Origin: Moniliella sp. 'wahieum'
Taxonomy: Eukaryota
Direction of reading: 5' to 3'
DNA length: 64,000 nt
Assembly: GCA_003971905.1 (NCBI GenBank)
Contig: RSEE01000041.1
Coordinates: forward strand, 124,001-188,000
Each line of letters starts with the position of its first letter. The first letter of the stretch is position 1. The translations under genes and the position numbers were made by a program. The notes under the pieces were generated by a model, which saw only the letters and a list, made by a program, of their open reading frames with translations, had not been told where the DNA came from and ran no database searches. This document shows, in pieces, positions 51,193 through 62,660 of the stretch.

Positions 51193-51763
51193 TTACACCT
51201 TCTCAACCTTGAGGCCGTCCTTCCAGAAGATGAAGGTGGGCGTAACGCCGTCTTCCTTCCAGCCACCGAGGACAACCATGGCGTCGGGGTTCATCGAGGA
51301 ACCAGTGTAGAAGTCGTACTCCTTGAAGTTGCCAATGACCTTAGCAAATGCGGCAGCGCCCTTCTCGAAGGCAGGGACACGGTCCGGGTTGGTCTCCTGG
51401 AGCTTGGCCTTGATCTCCTTCATGTAGGACTTGAGGTAGCCGACGTAGCCCTTCTTGTCAAACGAAGTCTGCTGCAAGTCGGCAGCGTTGACAATGTTGA
51501 TGACCGTCTTGGCGCCGTCCTCGAGATCCTCGTCACCACCCTCAGCGGAGGGGTTGCCACCAATGTCGACCTCACCGTCCTTGATGGTGATCTGCTTACC
51601 CTCGAGGACGTAGACGACATCGTCGACCTCCTCCATGGGGTAGGAGTCCGAGAAGAGCTCGTCGCCACTGAGAATGTCGGTGTAAAGCTGAAGGAGGAGA
51701 ACATCAGTATGGCCATCCAGAAAAGAGTAGGTGAGCAGGAGTGAGAATGGGACACACCTTCAT
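51193..51763 (-). CDS. TMA19: Translationally controlled tumour protein (TCTP) homolog, one intron after MK
   Basis: MK/LYTDILSGDELFSDSYPM, VDIGGNPSAEGGDE, FDKKGYVGYLKSYMK, FYTGSSMNPDAMV, PTFIFWKDGLKVEKV. Confidence 0.97.
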
Positions 51764-51879
51764 TGTGAGGAGGGGGCCAGAGTGGTGGTGAGAAAGCGAG
51801 AAGGGGGCGAGAGCAGAAAATGCGAAAAAAACTGGCGCGCTCTCGCGGCCGAAAATGGCCCCTCCGCCCAGCCACTCTG

Positions 51880-51927
51880 GCACTGGTCCAGTGTCCACGC
51901 ACTGGGCCCGCACTGGAGCGGCACTGG
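51880..51927. promoter_or_regulatory. Cluster of GCACTGG motifs upstream of TCTP
   Basis: GCACTGG at 51880, 51899, 51910 and 51921, plus an inverted CCAGTG at 51888. The regulatory role is inferred from position only. Confidence 0.45.
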
Positions 51928-53014
51928 GGCGGCAGAGCTCGTATACTGGCGCTGTGCTGGAAGGATCTACTTACCTAATTTGTCTTCCAGCCCCACGGCT
52001 GCGTTGACATTTGAAGTTGAAAGTGAAGCTGGCATGGCCCGTGGCGCGTAGGATCACGTGGATACTGAAACGTTCAGCCTTTTCCCGACCAAGCCTGGCT
52101 CCACTAATAGGTTCCACTCCATATAATGCCCTGGCGTTGCACCTTTTCTCTCCGGTGGTTTGACAACCGGTAAATGAGCCCACGAAAGACCACAAGGCCA
52201 AGCGCACTGCACTCATTCCAATGCTAGCCCATCGACACAGCAGATCCGACACAGAAGCATTCCTACCAACGACCGAGCACGACTCGCAGCCGCGGCGTCC
52301 AATGCGAAATAAGCAACCTCTGACAGGAACAAAAGGCTGTTGATCCGGCCAAAGGTGGGATGCACAGCTGGTCCCTCACTCCTTCACAAAGGCTGCTAGT
52401 ACCACCAACTTGCCCCAGCCCAGCTCTGGCTCGAATTCGGAGCGGAACTAGGACTTACCGCCCGTACTTCTCTCTCGCTTTCATTATTCACGGGATGCGG
52501 AGATGAGAATGACTATTGCCTTAGGAGCCAACTCTGGCATGAAATAGAGGTCATTGACTTGCACTCTGGGCAGTTCTCACCGCACTCACCTCCTCTTCGG
52601 GAGTGGGATACTTAGCGGCAGGCATATTGTTGGTAGAAGCAGGTGCAGTTGAAGCAAACAGCTATGTCCAACCACACACTGAAAAGAAATGTGGTGGCGC
52701 CATCATTAGAAATCGGCGTGGAAAAATGAGTCGCCCTAGTCACGCACGTCTGCTCTGTCCATGTTGGAGACCGGGTGAAAGAAGCCAGTGGGAGCAACCG
52801 ATGGCCTCGCTGACGGGCTGGACTGGAGAGCGTTGGGACTGTTGTGCATGTGCTCTCGAACGTATTAGATAGCCGCCACAGAAATACAATCACTACCAAT
52901 CCATATCCGCAGCACGTGGAATTCCGCCTATCTCCGATCGAGGACTAATTATGTGCTACGCAGCGCCACTGCGGCCCCGTCGCTGCGATCGGCTGCCACC
53001 ATCTCCCGCCGACC

Positions 53015-56000
53015 ATGTCGAGTACCGGCTCGTCCGGCTCGTCCTATCCGAGCACCGCGGCGGGAAACTCCGGCGCTTCAGGCATCTCAGGGTCGACGTC
53101 GGTTGCGACGGGCGTGCCGCTTGTCGTCAAGTGTGCCGCGGCCGACGGACGCACCAAACGTCTGCATTTTGCCTCAGCCGGTACGGCTGGGTACTTGCCG
53201 GTGCGGCGGCGGATCGCAAGAAGCCTGCAGCTGTACGATGACTGGGCTGCGCAGACCTGGACCGCCACCCAAGGGTCGCGCTGTGTTCGACTTATCGTAC
53301 GTCGACGACGACGGCGAGGTGTGCGATGTGGCGTGCCAGGAGGATTGGGAGGATGCACTCTCCTTCTTCTGCCCTTCGTTTTTGTGGGATGCTCTTTGGA
53401 TCCGGGATTAGCCAGCGAGCTGGAAGGATCCCACGTCGTTGAATTCGCCTGTCTGCCAAGATGCGCACAAGTTTTTCTCTGAGTGATTGGGGTACCGAGA
53501 GCGAGTTGGGCGGAGGGTTGTCCCAACACACACTCTCTTCACATGCCATTGGCAGCTCTGTCCCCTCCAGCCGACATGGGGAATGGGAATCGGAGCATTC
53601 CTGGTACCGAACAGGAGGCGCCTTACGTATCTCAGCCTGATACCTTCAGTCCATTTCATCCCCCGAGTTCCCCCGACCCTGCCGACCTGGTAAGCCTTGA
53701 TGATCGGCGCAAGGTGCGATTCAGCAGCCAGATCATCCCCCCCTCAGTGATGGGAATGGGAGCACGCTGACCTTCACTCGAAGGTGTCCTCAGAGAGTGG
53801 AAGCAGACTCGACATGGATCGAGAGCCACCACGTCGTCCCTCTCACTTGGCGGGGCAGCGTCGTCAAACAATGGGTCCTTGGCATCCCTTGACCTAGGAC
53901 CCCGCCCTACCATCCAGCCGTCCCCGTGGGGAAAGTCACAAAGTAACAAGCCCCTTCCTCTATCGCCTGGTACAGCCGGAGCAACATCTTCTCGGAGCGG
54001 TTCTTCGTCCCCGGATGAATCCCCTCCCGTTTCGCAGCGCGTCAGTATGGAGTCTCCTACCGGGCCAGCACAGAGGGATTCGTCTTCGATGATGGGCTGT
54101 CCCAGTTGGGCATTCGTTCGGAGCTGGGTACTAGGAGTGTTACTGGGACGGATCTGTCCAGGGCGTTGCGGGTGGACGCGCGGGACGATATGTCGGATGT
54201 GATTGAGGGACAGCGACTTCCGCTTTCTTCGCTGCATGTGTCAGATGTGGATGCGCTCGGGCTGAGGCTCCGTCGGGACTTAGCAACATGCCTGATCTCC
54301 GAACCGCGTCATCTCAGCAGGCCGAGTCGGTCCTTTCCCTCACCCACTCTGTCATCTCCGAGGTCTCTGGCGGAGTCTACTACACTGGGGAGGATTTGCT
54401 CTCGGATCTGGCGTATAACCGCAACGCCCCATCAACTTCCCGAAAGTGGTGCCAGCGTTCCAGACCGCTCTCACCGCTTCGCCTCAACGGATGGGAAGAA
54501 AACCAAGTTCACTCGCTTTGGCGCAGCCGACGCTGTCTTTCTCGAAATTTGTCAGCGCTCCCCACCTCCTCCTGGAAGCGAGTCTGGCTCCTCCAGTACC
54601 GTCAAGGGAGGTGCCTCTTGTCGAGCGATCCAGTGGTACCCCCCATGAATACAGCTGCAGCCAATGCCGTTCCCCTTTGGGTGGGAGCGAAGGTATGGGC
54701 CTGCGATACGTGTGCGACATGTGTGGACCTCGACGTTTCGGGGGTGGACATTCCTCCTCTCAGCCACAGTCTAGCTCGGTCAAGGCGGATGGATTTGAGA
54801 CAGCATCGTCGATTACTTCGCCGGCATCGTCCGTGTTGGCTTCGCCCAAACAGAAAACGATGGGGTACGAATTGTGGCAGTATGCATCTCGGTGCACGGA
54901 GCAGAGCATGTGGCCCAAACCGCTCCCAATGGCCCCTCCACCCTTGCTCCACATCCTGATCGCCAACGATTACACGCTTTTACGAGCTCATGTGGAACGA
55001 GATGAAAAGGCCTGGTTCCCATTGAAGAGCAGGCGGATGGGAAATGCTCTGCTTGCTCTCGTAGCGAATGGAGAGGAGGTCATTACCGTTGCTCTCAGTG
55101 CGATGGGTTCCACCTCTGTGGTGTCTGCTTCATGGCTGTGGATCGATTGTAAGTACCCCACCCCCTTCCCCGCCTCCTTATTTTCACCCTTGCTAACTCA
55201 TCTACAGACATGCCTTGCATCTTTTCACGCGTCTCCCTACGCCGGCACCCTCTGCCTCTGCCTCTGCTGCAGTGCCGATTGCGAATAGCTCAGTCGTGCA
55301 AACTGGTAAGGACCCCACCGACGCTGTTCACGGCGGTGTCGCGTGTGCCTCGTGTGGACAATACCCGATTGTAGGGGTACGGGTCCACTGCATATCTTGC
55401 CCGGAGGAGAGACTTTTGTGCGGTGTGCGACGAACGTGGGCTGTCCCTACGACAGAATCGGAGACGAGGCCCTTTACTCCCGGACGGACAGCGCCGACAG
55501 AACCGCTCCCACCTCACTCGCAGCAGCACATTTGTCTCAAACTCACGACGCCGATCGATAAACGGAATGCACGGAGTGCGGCAGCAGCCTTGGAGCAAGC
55601 CGCAGACCGTCTCCTCCGGCGTGCTCTCCGCGGTCCTGTATATCCCTGGCAAGCACCTCCCCCACAGCTGCCTGTCCCCACCCTTGATCCGGGGAACCCC
55701 CCATTCGGTGCGCCAGACACGCACTCGGTGGTAGCGCACTCGGCCTCGTCCCATATGCAACGAGGACGAGGAGATGATCCCATTCTTCCCCCAGTGCAAC
55801 TCGTGTGGGAAATCGTTTGCGGGTGGGGTACGGTATCTCTGTTCGCGCTGCCCTGTCGAGGGGACGGGGGGTACAACCTTTGTTCATCGTGTGAGCCGTA
55901 CTCGCTTTTGGTTCACAATCCCACCCATATTTTCCTCAAGATCAACCGGTCTTACAGCATGGTTCCCACGCGGCAGGTACCTTTGTGCCGCCACTTTACT

Positions 56001-56656
56001 CAAAGGAGGCCGTCATTCCGAGGTTGATTCGCCCGCCGCCGAAAGGCTGTGGGACGCACTGCTCGATACTTCAGGGTTATCCACTATTGATGCACGACGA
56101 CGTTTAGCACCCTTGGCTGTGGATCCCTGCAGACCACCCTCTGCGGGAAAAGGTGCCACGGATCCTCACTCTCCGAGTGCAACTGCACCATGCCATGCTG
56201 GCAGCTGGTCCGGCCGCCGGTGCAGCCGAGTTGGGGCCCGTGTCGGCGGGTGGGGAAGAGAGCGAGGCAGAGACAGAGACTCCACTCTCTGTTTCAGAGC
56301 GCGCTCATCCCGCCCCCACACCCCTGGACGCGTACAGCAAGTGGTCCACTCGCTCCTATCCGAGCTGCATCTGGTGCCGGTCAATCAGCTGATGCACGTG
56401 TATATGTGTGCGACAGCTGCTTTGATGTGGTGGAAGGGGCATGGCTTCGATGCGCAAACTGCACCGAATCCGTGGACTTGTGCGCTCGCTGTGAGATGCG
56501 TGCTGACCACGACGCGTCGCATGTATTTGCTGTTTTAAGCAGTCCATTGATCCAGGGCTCTTCCGTTCTCTCGTCGATCACGCGCCCACCAACAATGCGT
56601 TGGGCCAAGCTTCGGGGCCGTATCGTGCCCTGTTGCCCTCGCTCTTGTTTGAATGA
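53015..56656 (+). CDS. PB1-like domain plus multiple ZZ zinc fingers (NBR1/p62-like architecture), frameshifted
   Basis: LVVKC...TKRLHF and the acidic motif LSYVDDDGEVCDV..QEDWEDAL. ZZ fingers: CSAC...YRCSQCDGFHLCGVC, HGGVACASCGQYPIVGVRVHCISC, CNSCGKSFAGGVRYLCSRC..YNLCSSCE...HNPTHIFLKI and CDSCFDVVEGAWLRCANC...DLCARCE...HDASHVF. Confidence 0.82.
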
Positions 56657-57061
56657 GCGCTTGGGTAGGGGTTGCGCACCGATTCCACGCGGGGCGGCAG
56701 CGAGCCATACGGGAGCAACGCTGTAATGGCACCAACTCTCCTATTTAAAACTGCCCGACCTGCCTGACTTCGTACCCAAATAGGAACCGGTTTACCATAT
56801 GTCACGGATTGCTTTCATGCTGGCCTTCGTGCCGCCCACCTCTACTCCATACCAGTGCAGGCACTATAACTACAGAAGATCGCCCCTTACCACGTCCAAC
56901 CTTAACTTCCTCAGTAGCGACAACCCGTCAATAGCAGTGAGCGGTCATGGGAGTGCATTGAAATGCAGGAGTAGCCATGGCGCGCCAAGGGCAAGGGCCA
57001 AGTCGGCCGAGCTTTTGGCAGTCGAAAAGGACAAGGGGGGTAGCCCCCCGCGATGCCCCCC

Positions 57062-57292
57062 TTAGCGGTACTTGGCAAAGCCAATCGCGGCCGCCTTCTC
57101 GCGGAAGCACTGGCGGCAGATGTCCAAGCCGTACTTGCGGATGATACCGCCCTGGTTGGCGCAGACGCGGCTACATCATGTGGGTCAGCATCGAGGCGGA
57201 GGGAAAAAAGCAAGTGGAAGAGACACATACCACTGGCGGCTGCCCTTGCCGTGCTTGCGGGGGTGAGAGAACCAAACGTTAGCGTGCGCCAT
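57062..57292 (-). CDS. RPS29: 40S ribosomal protein S29 (uS14), intron 57171-57230
   Basis: [56 protein letters not shown]. Confidence 0.98.
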
Positions 57293-58337
57293 GGTGAATG
57301 TAGTCTGAAGAAAACAGGGTCAGAGTCAATCTAGGCTGTGGGAACAGAATTCTCTCCGGCACAGGCGGCTGGGTGGGGATGCAGGCGATCGGTTCCAGCG
57401 GATGCGGCGTCCCCGCCGGGAACATCCATTGTGAGATGCGGTCTCCTAGCAAGGAGCTTCCATCCGGTAGCCCCACTGCAACGCCATTCTTCCCGCAATA
57501 GTCCAATTGCAGCGCCGCTCCATCGGTGCACCCGGCACACCACACACCCAGCCAGCAAGAGGGAGCGGAAACAGGGTGCCCACATACTGAGAGAGGGCGA
57601 CGAGTCGACGGGGAGGCTTGGTGTACGGTGGAGGACCAGAACGTCGGCGGATGCTGGTGGACAGCCGGACGACGAAATTAATTCACAGCACTAGACCTGT
57701 TCACTGCCGCAGTAGCCACTTATTGCGGGCGCAACCCTAAGGCCATCCGGGATTCCGACCTGCTATTTCAATATTGACACGACAGTCGCAGTATTACGTT
57801 TTTAGTGCCACGTGGCATGCGAATGCGATCACTAGCACCTTAAATTGCGACAGTGACCCCGTCGTTGTTAAGTCGTCTCTACTGCGCTCTGCGCTGCGAA
57901 ATTGCCAGTGCTCTCGATCCGGATAGCGGCGGGAATGTATTATGCCCCCGTTGCTCCCCCGACGATATGTACTCCTTCATCATCATCATTGTGCGATATG
58001 TAGAGCGGAGGTGTTCACGCTTGACCGGATTGGCATCCATCCCTCTCTCCACAGTTAGTGTGGTGCGAGACGTATGATTCTTGCTTTTCATCTATTCTAT
58101 GCCAATCCCTTGTCTCCATTCTCAGATCCCATCCCATCCCGTCGACGTCCAATGCTGCTACCATGGGTTGGCACTCTCGTGCCCAGTATTACGAACAATG
58201 GCTCGTGGTGAATTGGAAAGAGATAGGTCAAACGCTTTCAAACGAAGAGATGCAGACAGCCATCTCTGCTGACTGGTTATGGGGGCAAACCCAAAAGTAT
58301 AACAAGGGATTTTGAGAAGAACCAAAGGGCAGCTTGA

Positions 58338-59320
58338 TTAAAGGTAAGCCAGATCCACCCAGGTTTTGTAGTCCGCTCCGAGCACCGTGCCGATATCCAC
58401 AGCGCCTAAAAGAATGTGATCGAACGATACCCTGGGGCCACTCGTTCCGGCACCAGAATTTCCAAATTCGGCAAGCTGGCTTTGGGACGTGTCTTTGCCG
58501 GATGCCGAGTAACCGTCCTTGTTGACCACGTTTTCCAACACAGAGTTCTGGACTGTAACCCGGGCATAGGGCCCCATGGACCCAGGTAATAGCTGCCGCG
58601 GCAACGGATTGTCCGTCGGCTGGCCGGATGTGGGAGTCGGTGATAAGGTAGTAAGAAGGGTCTGACGCGTCCGGGCGTCCAGATGCTGTGATGTACCCCA
58701 AGGGCTGGTTCACCACTCCGATTTGGGACTTGGTGATGACGGCTTGGGCGTGTTGGCCAAAGATAAAGTCGGTTGCGCCAGTAATGTAGCTTTGCGCGTA
58801 AACTTGCCTGCCATTTTGGGCCAAGAGAGTGTCCTGGAAGCCCTGGATTGAGCATCCGTAGCAGCCAAACTGGTCCATTTCCGCTGATAAAGCAATGGCT
58901 TGAGACCCCTGCCCAAACGAGTTGATCACATCTACGTTGTACATTGAAACGCGGGGAGATAGTACGCGTACTGTTCCGGTTTCATCGTCGTTCAAGCCAT
59001 TCTTTTGGGAAAGGTTGTGGGTGATGGTTACCGTGTTTTGGGCATAAGAAGCGGTATCAGATGTGGAGCCAAAGATTGCCAAAGGGCCCTTGAGAGCAGG
59101 GATGACCACTTGCTCGTTGTACGTGCCTGCCCCAATGAAAATCGTCTGAGACCGGGTGGAGGTGGTGGACAGTGCATTTACCGCCGCTTGCACCGTCCAT
59201 ACTGTCCATTCGACGGCGATTTGGACACCACCAACGATCCGTGAGGGGGGAGACCCGGCGGTGCGCAGCCCCGTGGCGGCGCTCCCCAGAAGAGCAAGTA
59301 CAAGCGGGATGAGCTTAGTC
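58338..59320 (-). CDS. Pectin methylesterase (CE8), secreted
   Basis: VQAAVNAL....QTIFIGAGTYNEQV, GSQAIALS, GFQDTLLAQNGRQVY..SYITGATDFIFG, YITASGR, YYLG.PWGPYARV, AEFGNSGAG. Signal-like KLIPLVLALLGSAATG; start codon not evident. Confidence 0.93.
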
Positions 59321-61022
59321 GAGAAAGTGTCGGGTGAAGCTGCTGGGGATATGGCACGGATATTTTTGAGTCGCAGGTGAGAGAGGTCCGCTTTAAAAGG
59401 CGAAGGGGAGGGCCGCGACTATGGATACCCGCACTTTGGTTCTTGCTGTCCTAATGGGAGGGAGTCAGAGTGTCAATGATACTATAGTCAAGTGACTGGT
59501 GAGATCTGTGATCAAAAGCAGTATACATGTGGCTCGCCACTTTACCCCACCAACCCAGAAGCCTATCTGCACCTGCTCCACAGGGCCGCTGCGGCGCCGC
59601 ATCCTAGCTGCCCCCCTGCTGCCTCAGCCGGCCAGCGTTGGCTGCCACATGTCTCGTGGCACACATCTCACACAGCCGCCGTGGCCCAGTCGCAGAGACT
59701 GCAGTTTCAACCCACCGTCACACGTCACATGTCACAAATCATGCATCGTGACATCTGTCGTCCGTCGCACCCGTTCGTCCTATACTATTCCAATGAGCTT
59801 TACATGTTCGACTTCTCAGATCTCAGGCCTCAAGCGTCAAGCTTCTAGGCCCTCAAGGGATGAGGCACCCCTCATCGATGTTCAATCTCATCGACTTCAC
59901 CATCCAACCGTGCCTGAGCGAGATCGTGCATCTTTGGTTTGGGAACTGTGGGTTCAACAACTCTCAACGATTAACTCCCACACGTCTTCGAGCTTGGCGC
60001 GTTCCCTCAAGTTCATAAACGTGTTCAACTAATAACATGTTCATCATAACTGTCTCATCGATCATCTCTCTCAGCTATCGATTATCCACACCAACTGCGA
60101 TGGAGATCGGAGGCGCAATAAGAAGGGGGGTCAAAATGCATATGCTTTCCCACAAATTGATGGTTCCGAGGAATTATATGGGTAGGGTAAGAGGGATTGC
60201 ATAGTAATAGTTGGCCAGGCCAGGTACACACAATGTGTCAGTGAACCATGCACACACACACACAAAATGATCTGCATTCCACAGAAGAACTCATAAGGGA
60301 AGCTCCTCCCATCAATGAGACCACGTCATCATCTCCCCAGGGCTATACCAGCACCATCCAGCGGGGGGAGTGCGCCAACGGGGGGTGATGGGCATGGCTC
60401 AGCGCTCAAACACTATAGCTAGACATGTTATTCACACGCGTGCGTTTTCAGAAGGACTGCAATGAGTCTTGGAGGCGCAGACGTGGATGCGGTCAGGGCC
60501 AGTCAGGCCGAGGCATGGAAGGGCATGGCGCAGCAGCAGGGGAGGCCCCGGATAGCGTTTCATTGTTTCAGGAGTACATAGCACTGCCATCGGTGATTGT
60601 GGATCCCATCGATGACACGATGACGTGGGCCTGGAGCAGCGCTGCGCAAGACTGCTCCCCCGCGGGACCCGCGGGACGAGAGAGGGGCAGTGCGTTGCTG
60701 GGCTGGCAGCCCCACTGCTCACTGACGCCGTGCCGGCAGGGCGGAAGGCTCTCGTGGCGCCCCGCGCCCCGCAGCCCCCAGTGGGCCTCAGCGCCTCAGC
60801 AGGCCTCAGGCCTTGGGCCTCCAGCGCAAGCACGCCAGCCAGCCAAGCCCATTTTGCCGCGCTGCCTGTTCCACCGGTCAGCCTCGGCCTAGCGCCCAAC
60901 CAGCCCTCTGTCGTCCGGCGAAAACGCGTCGGTCTCTCGTTCGCACCCTCATCCCCCCATCGTCCTGCCTCCCACCCCTCCCTCTTGTCTTCTCCTGCCT
61001 GCCTGTCCACCCCTCCCCCGTC

Positions 61023-61585
61023 ATGTCGTCTGTCCAGCTCCCCTCAGCTCAAGTCGGTCCACGCTAAGATTGAGTACTACGTGGCTCAGATCGATAAGGA
61101 GGTGCGTCGTGCCCAACTGATCAAACACCGCGCTCTTGCTCTTTTGCACCATACTGACCGTCTGTCCACCTACCTCAGCTGGAGAAGTACCCGTTGCTCG
61201 TCAAGTGCGAGGCGACGACCCACGTGCCCAAGGCGTATGGCACGATTGGTATCTTCTTCCTCCTGGTCACTGCCATCTTTTTTAACATTGCCGCCAACTT
61301 CTTCACCACCGTTCTGGGATTTGCTCTGCCGGCCTACTTTTCTCTCCAGGCGATCGAGTCGCCGGCCAAGGACGACGATGTGCAGTGGCTTACCTACTGG
61401 GTCTCGTTTGGCTTCCTTACCATTCTCGAGTCCTTTTCTTCGCTGATCCTGCACTGGGTCCCATTCTACTACACTTTCATGGCCCTTATTCTCGTCTGGC
61501 TGATGCTTCCCCAGACCCAAGGGGCCAAGGTGCTGTACACCAAGGTACTGGTACCATCTTCTTCCACAAGAAGCCCGTCGCCTAA
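61023..61585 (+). CDS. YOP1: ER-shaping protein of the TB2/DP1/HVA22 (REEP) family
   Basis: YYVAQIDKE/LEKYPLL..E..THVPKAY, GFALPAYFSLQAIESPAKDDDVQWLTYWV..GFL, WVPFYY, WLMLPQTQGAKVLY. One intron at about 61102-61178. Confidence 0.94.
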
Positions 61586-62660
61586 GTTGACCGGGTCGTC
61601 AAAGATTTTTGTGGGGCCTCTTTGACCTGACTGTGGACTGGTCCGTTTCCGTCTCTCGAGCAGCGTCAGGTACAACCAGTGGGGTGTGTCACATGTCACC
61701 TGCGATGCCCTTTCGAGGACGAAGCGGTCTTGTGCGGCTCACTCTCATCCTGTCTCATGTCTGCTATATCGTCCCTCACGCTGGCGGCGGCTGCCGCGGG
61801 CAAATGCCACTCTTCTCTTCAACTTGCTTCTCTTTCTCCTCATCCTGATTCCCCTTCCGCTGCCTCGACTCCCCCTCAGCAATCGAGATATTGATCGGTT
61901 CTCTCCCTGGTTTACATGTAGCCGACCTGGGAGTGGTTCCGGCTGGGTCAGTTAGGTGTTGCACTGGAGGGCATAGGCTGGGCCCTGTTTTGAAAAGTGC
62001 CCAAGGATTGATTTCAGGGAGATATAACCCACAGCAGCACGTGACCGCGTGACCCCTGTTGCGACAAATCCGCTGCTATTCTTAAGGTTCAAGCTGGACG
62101 TTGAAGCTTGAAGCTAGTACGTTGAAGCTTGTAAAAGCTTTGAAATTTGAGGGCCCAGAGGCTGCAAACGTTAAACGTTAGATTTTAAATCCGCAACCCG
62201 CCTGCAGCGCCTGCAGCCACGGACACCCAGGAACAATTGAAATCGGTGGGGTCCAAGACACGGATTTAACCCGGTTGCACTTCTCCGCGCGAAGAGGCGC
62301 AGCAATTACTGCTGTTATTCGACGTCTTACGCGTTACGCCTTATAGAGGGCTCAACCGGAGATGAACTCAGTCTGAGATCTGAGTGTACTCTCCTCGAGT
62401 CACTATGGCTAGTCACTAGTCAAGAGGAAAGGGCTGAAAAAAGCCTGCCCGTGACGCGCGTGACGGGGCGACCGGCCTTGGTTGTTTAATGAGACCGGTC
62501 GGTGACCGAGTCGGTCCCCTAACATTTTTCGCCGGGCTTAGCAATGTCCGACGGTGTGACTGAGGTTGAAGGAGGTTTGAGGCAACCGAAAAAATCCATT
62601 CGCATCGGCCACCAACTTGTTGCTCCTTGCCCGCCGCTCCCCTCCTCATCCCTTCTGACC

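Noticed and set aside
58058..58315. Short Trp-rich ORF convergent with the pectin methylesterase
   Set aside because: No clear start, signal or family match.
60251..60265. (CA)n microsatellite
   Set aside because: Short and ordinary.
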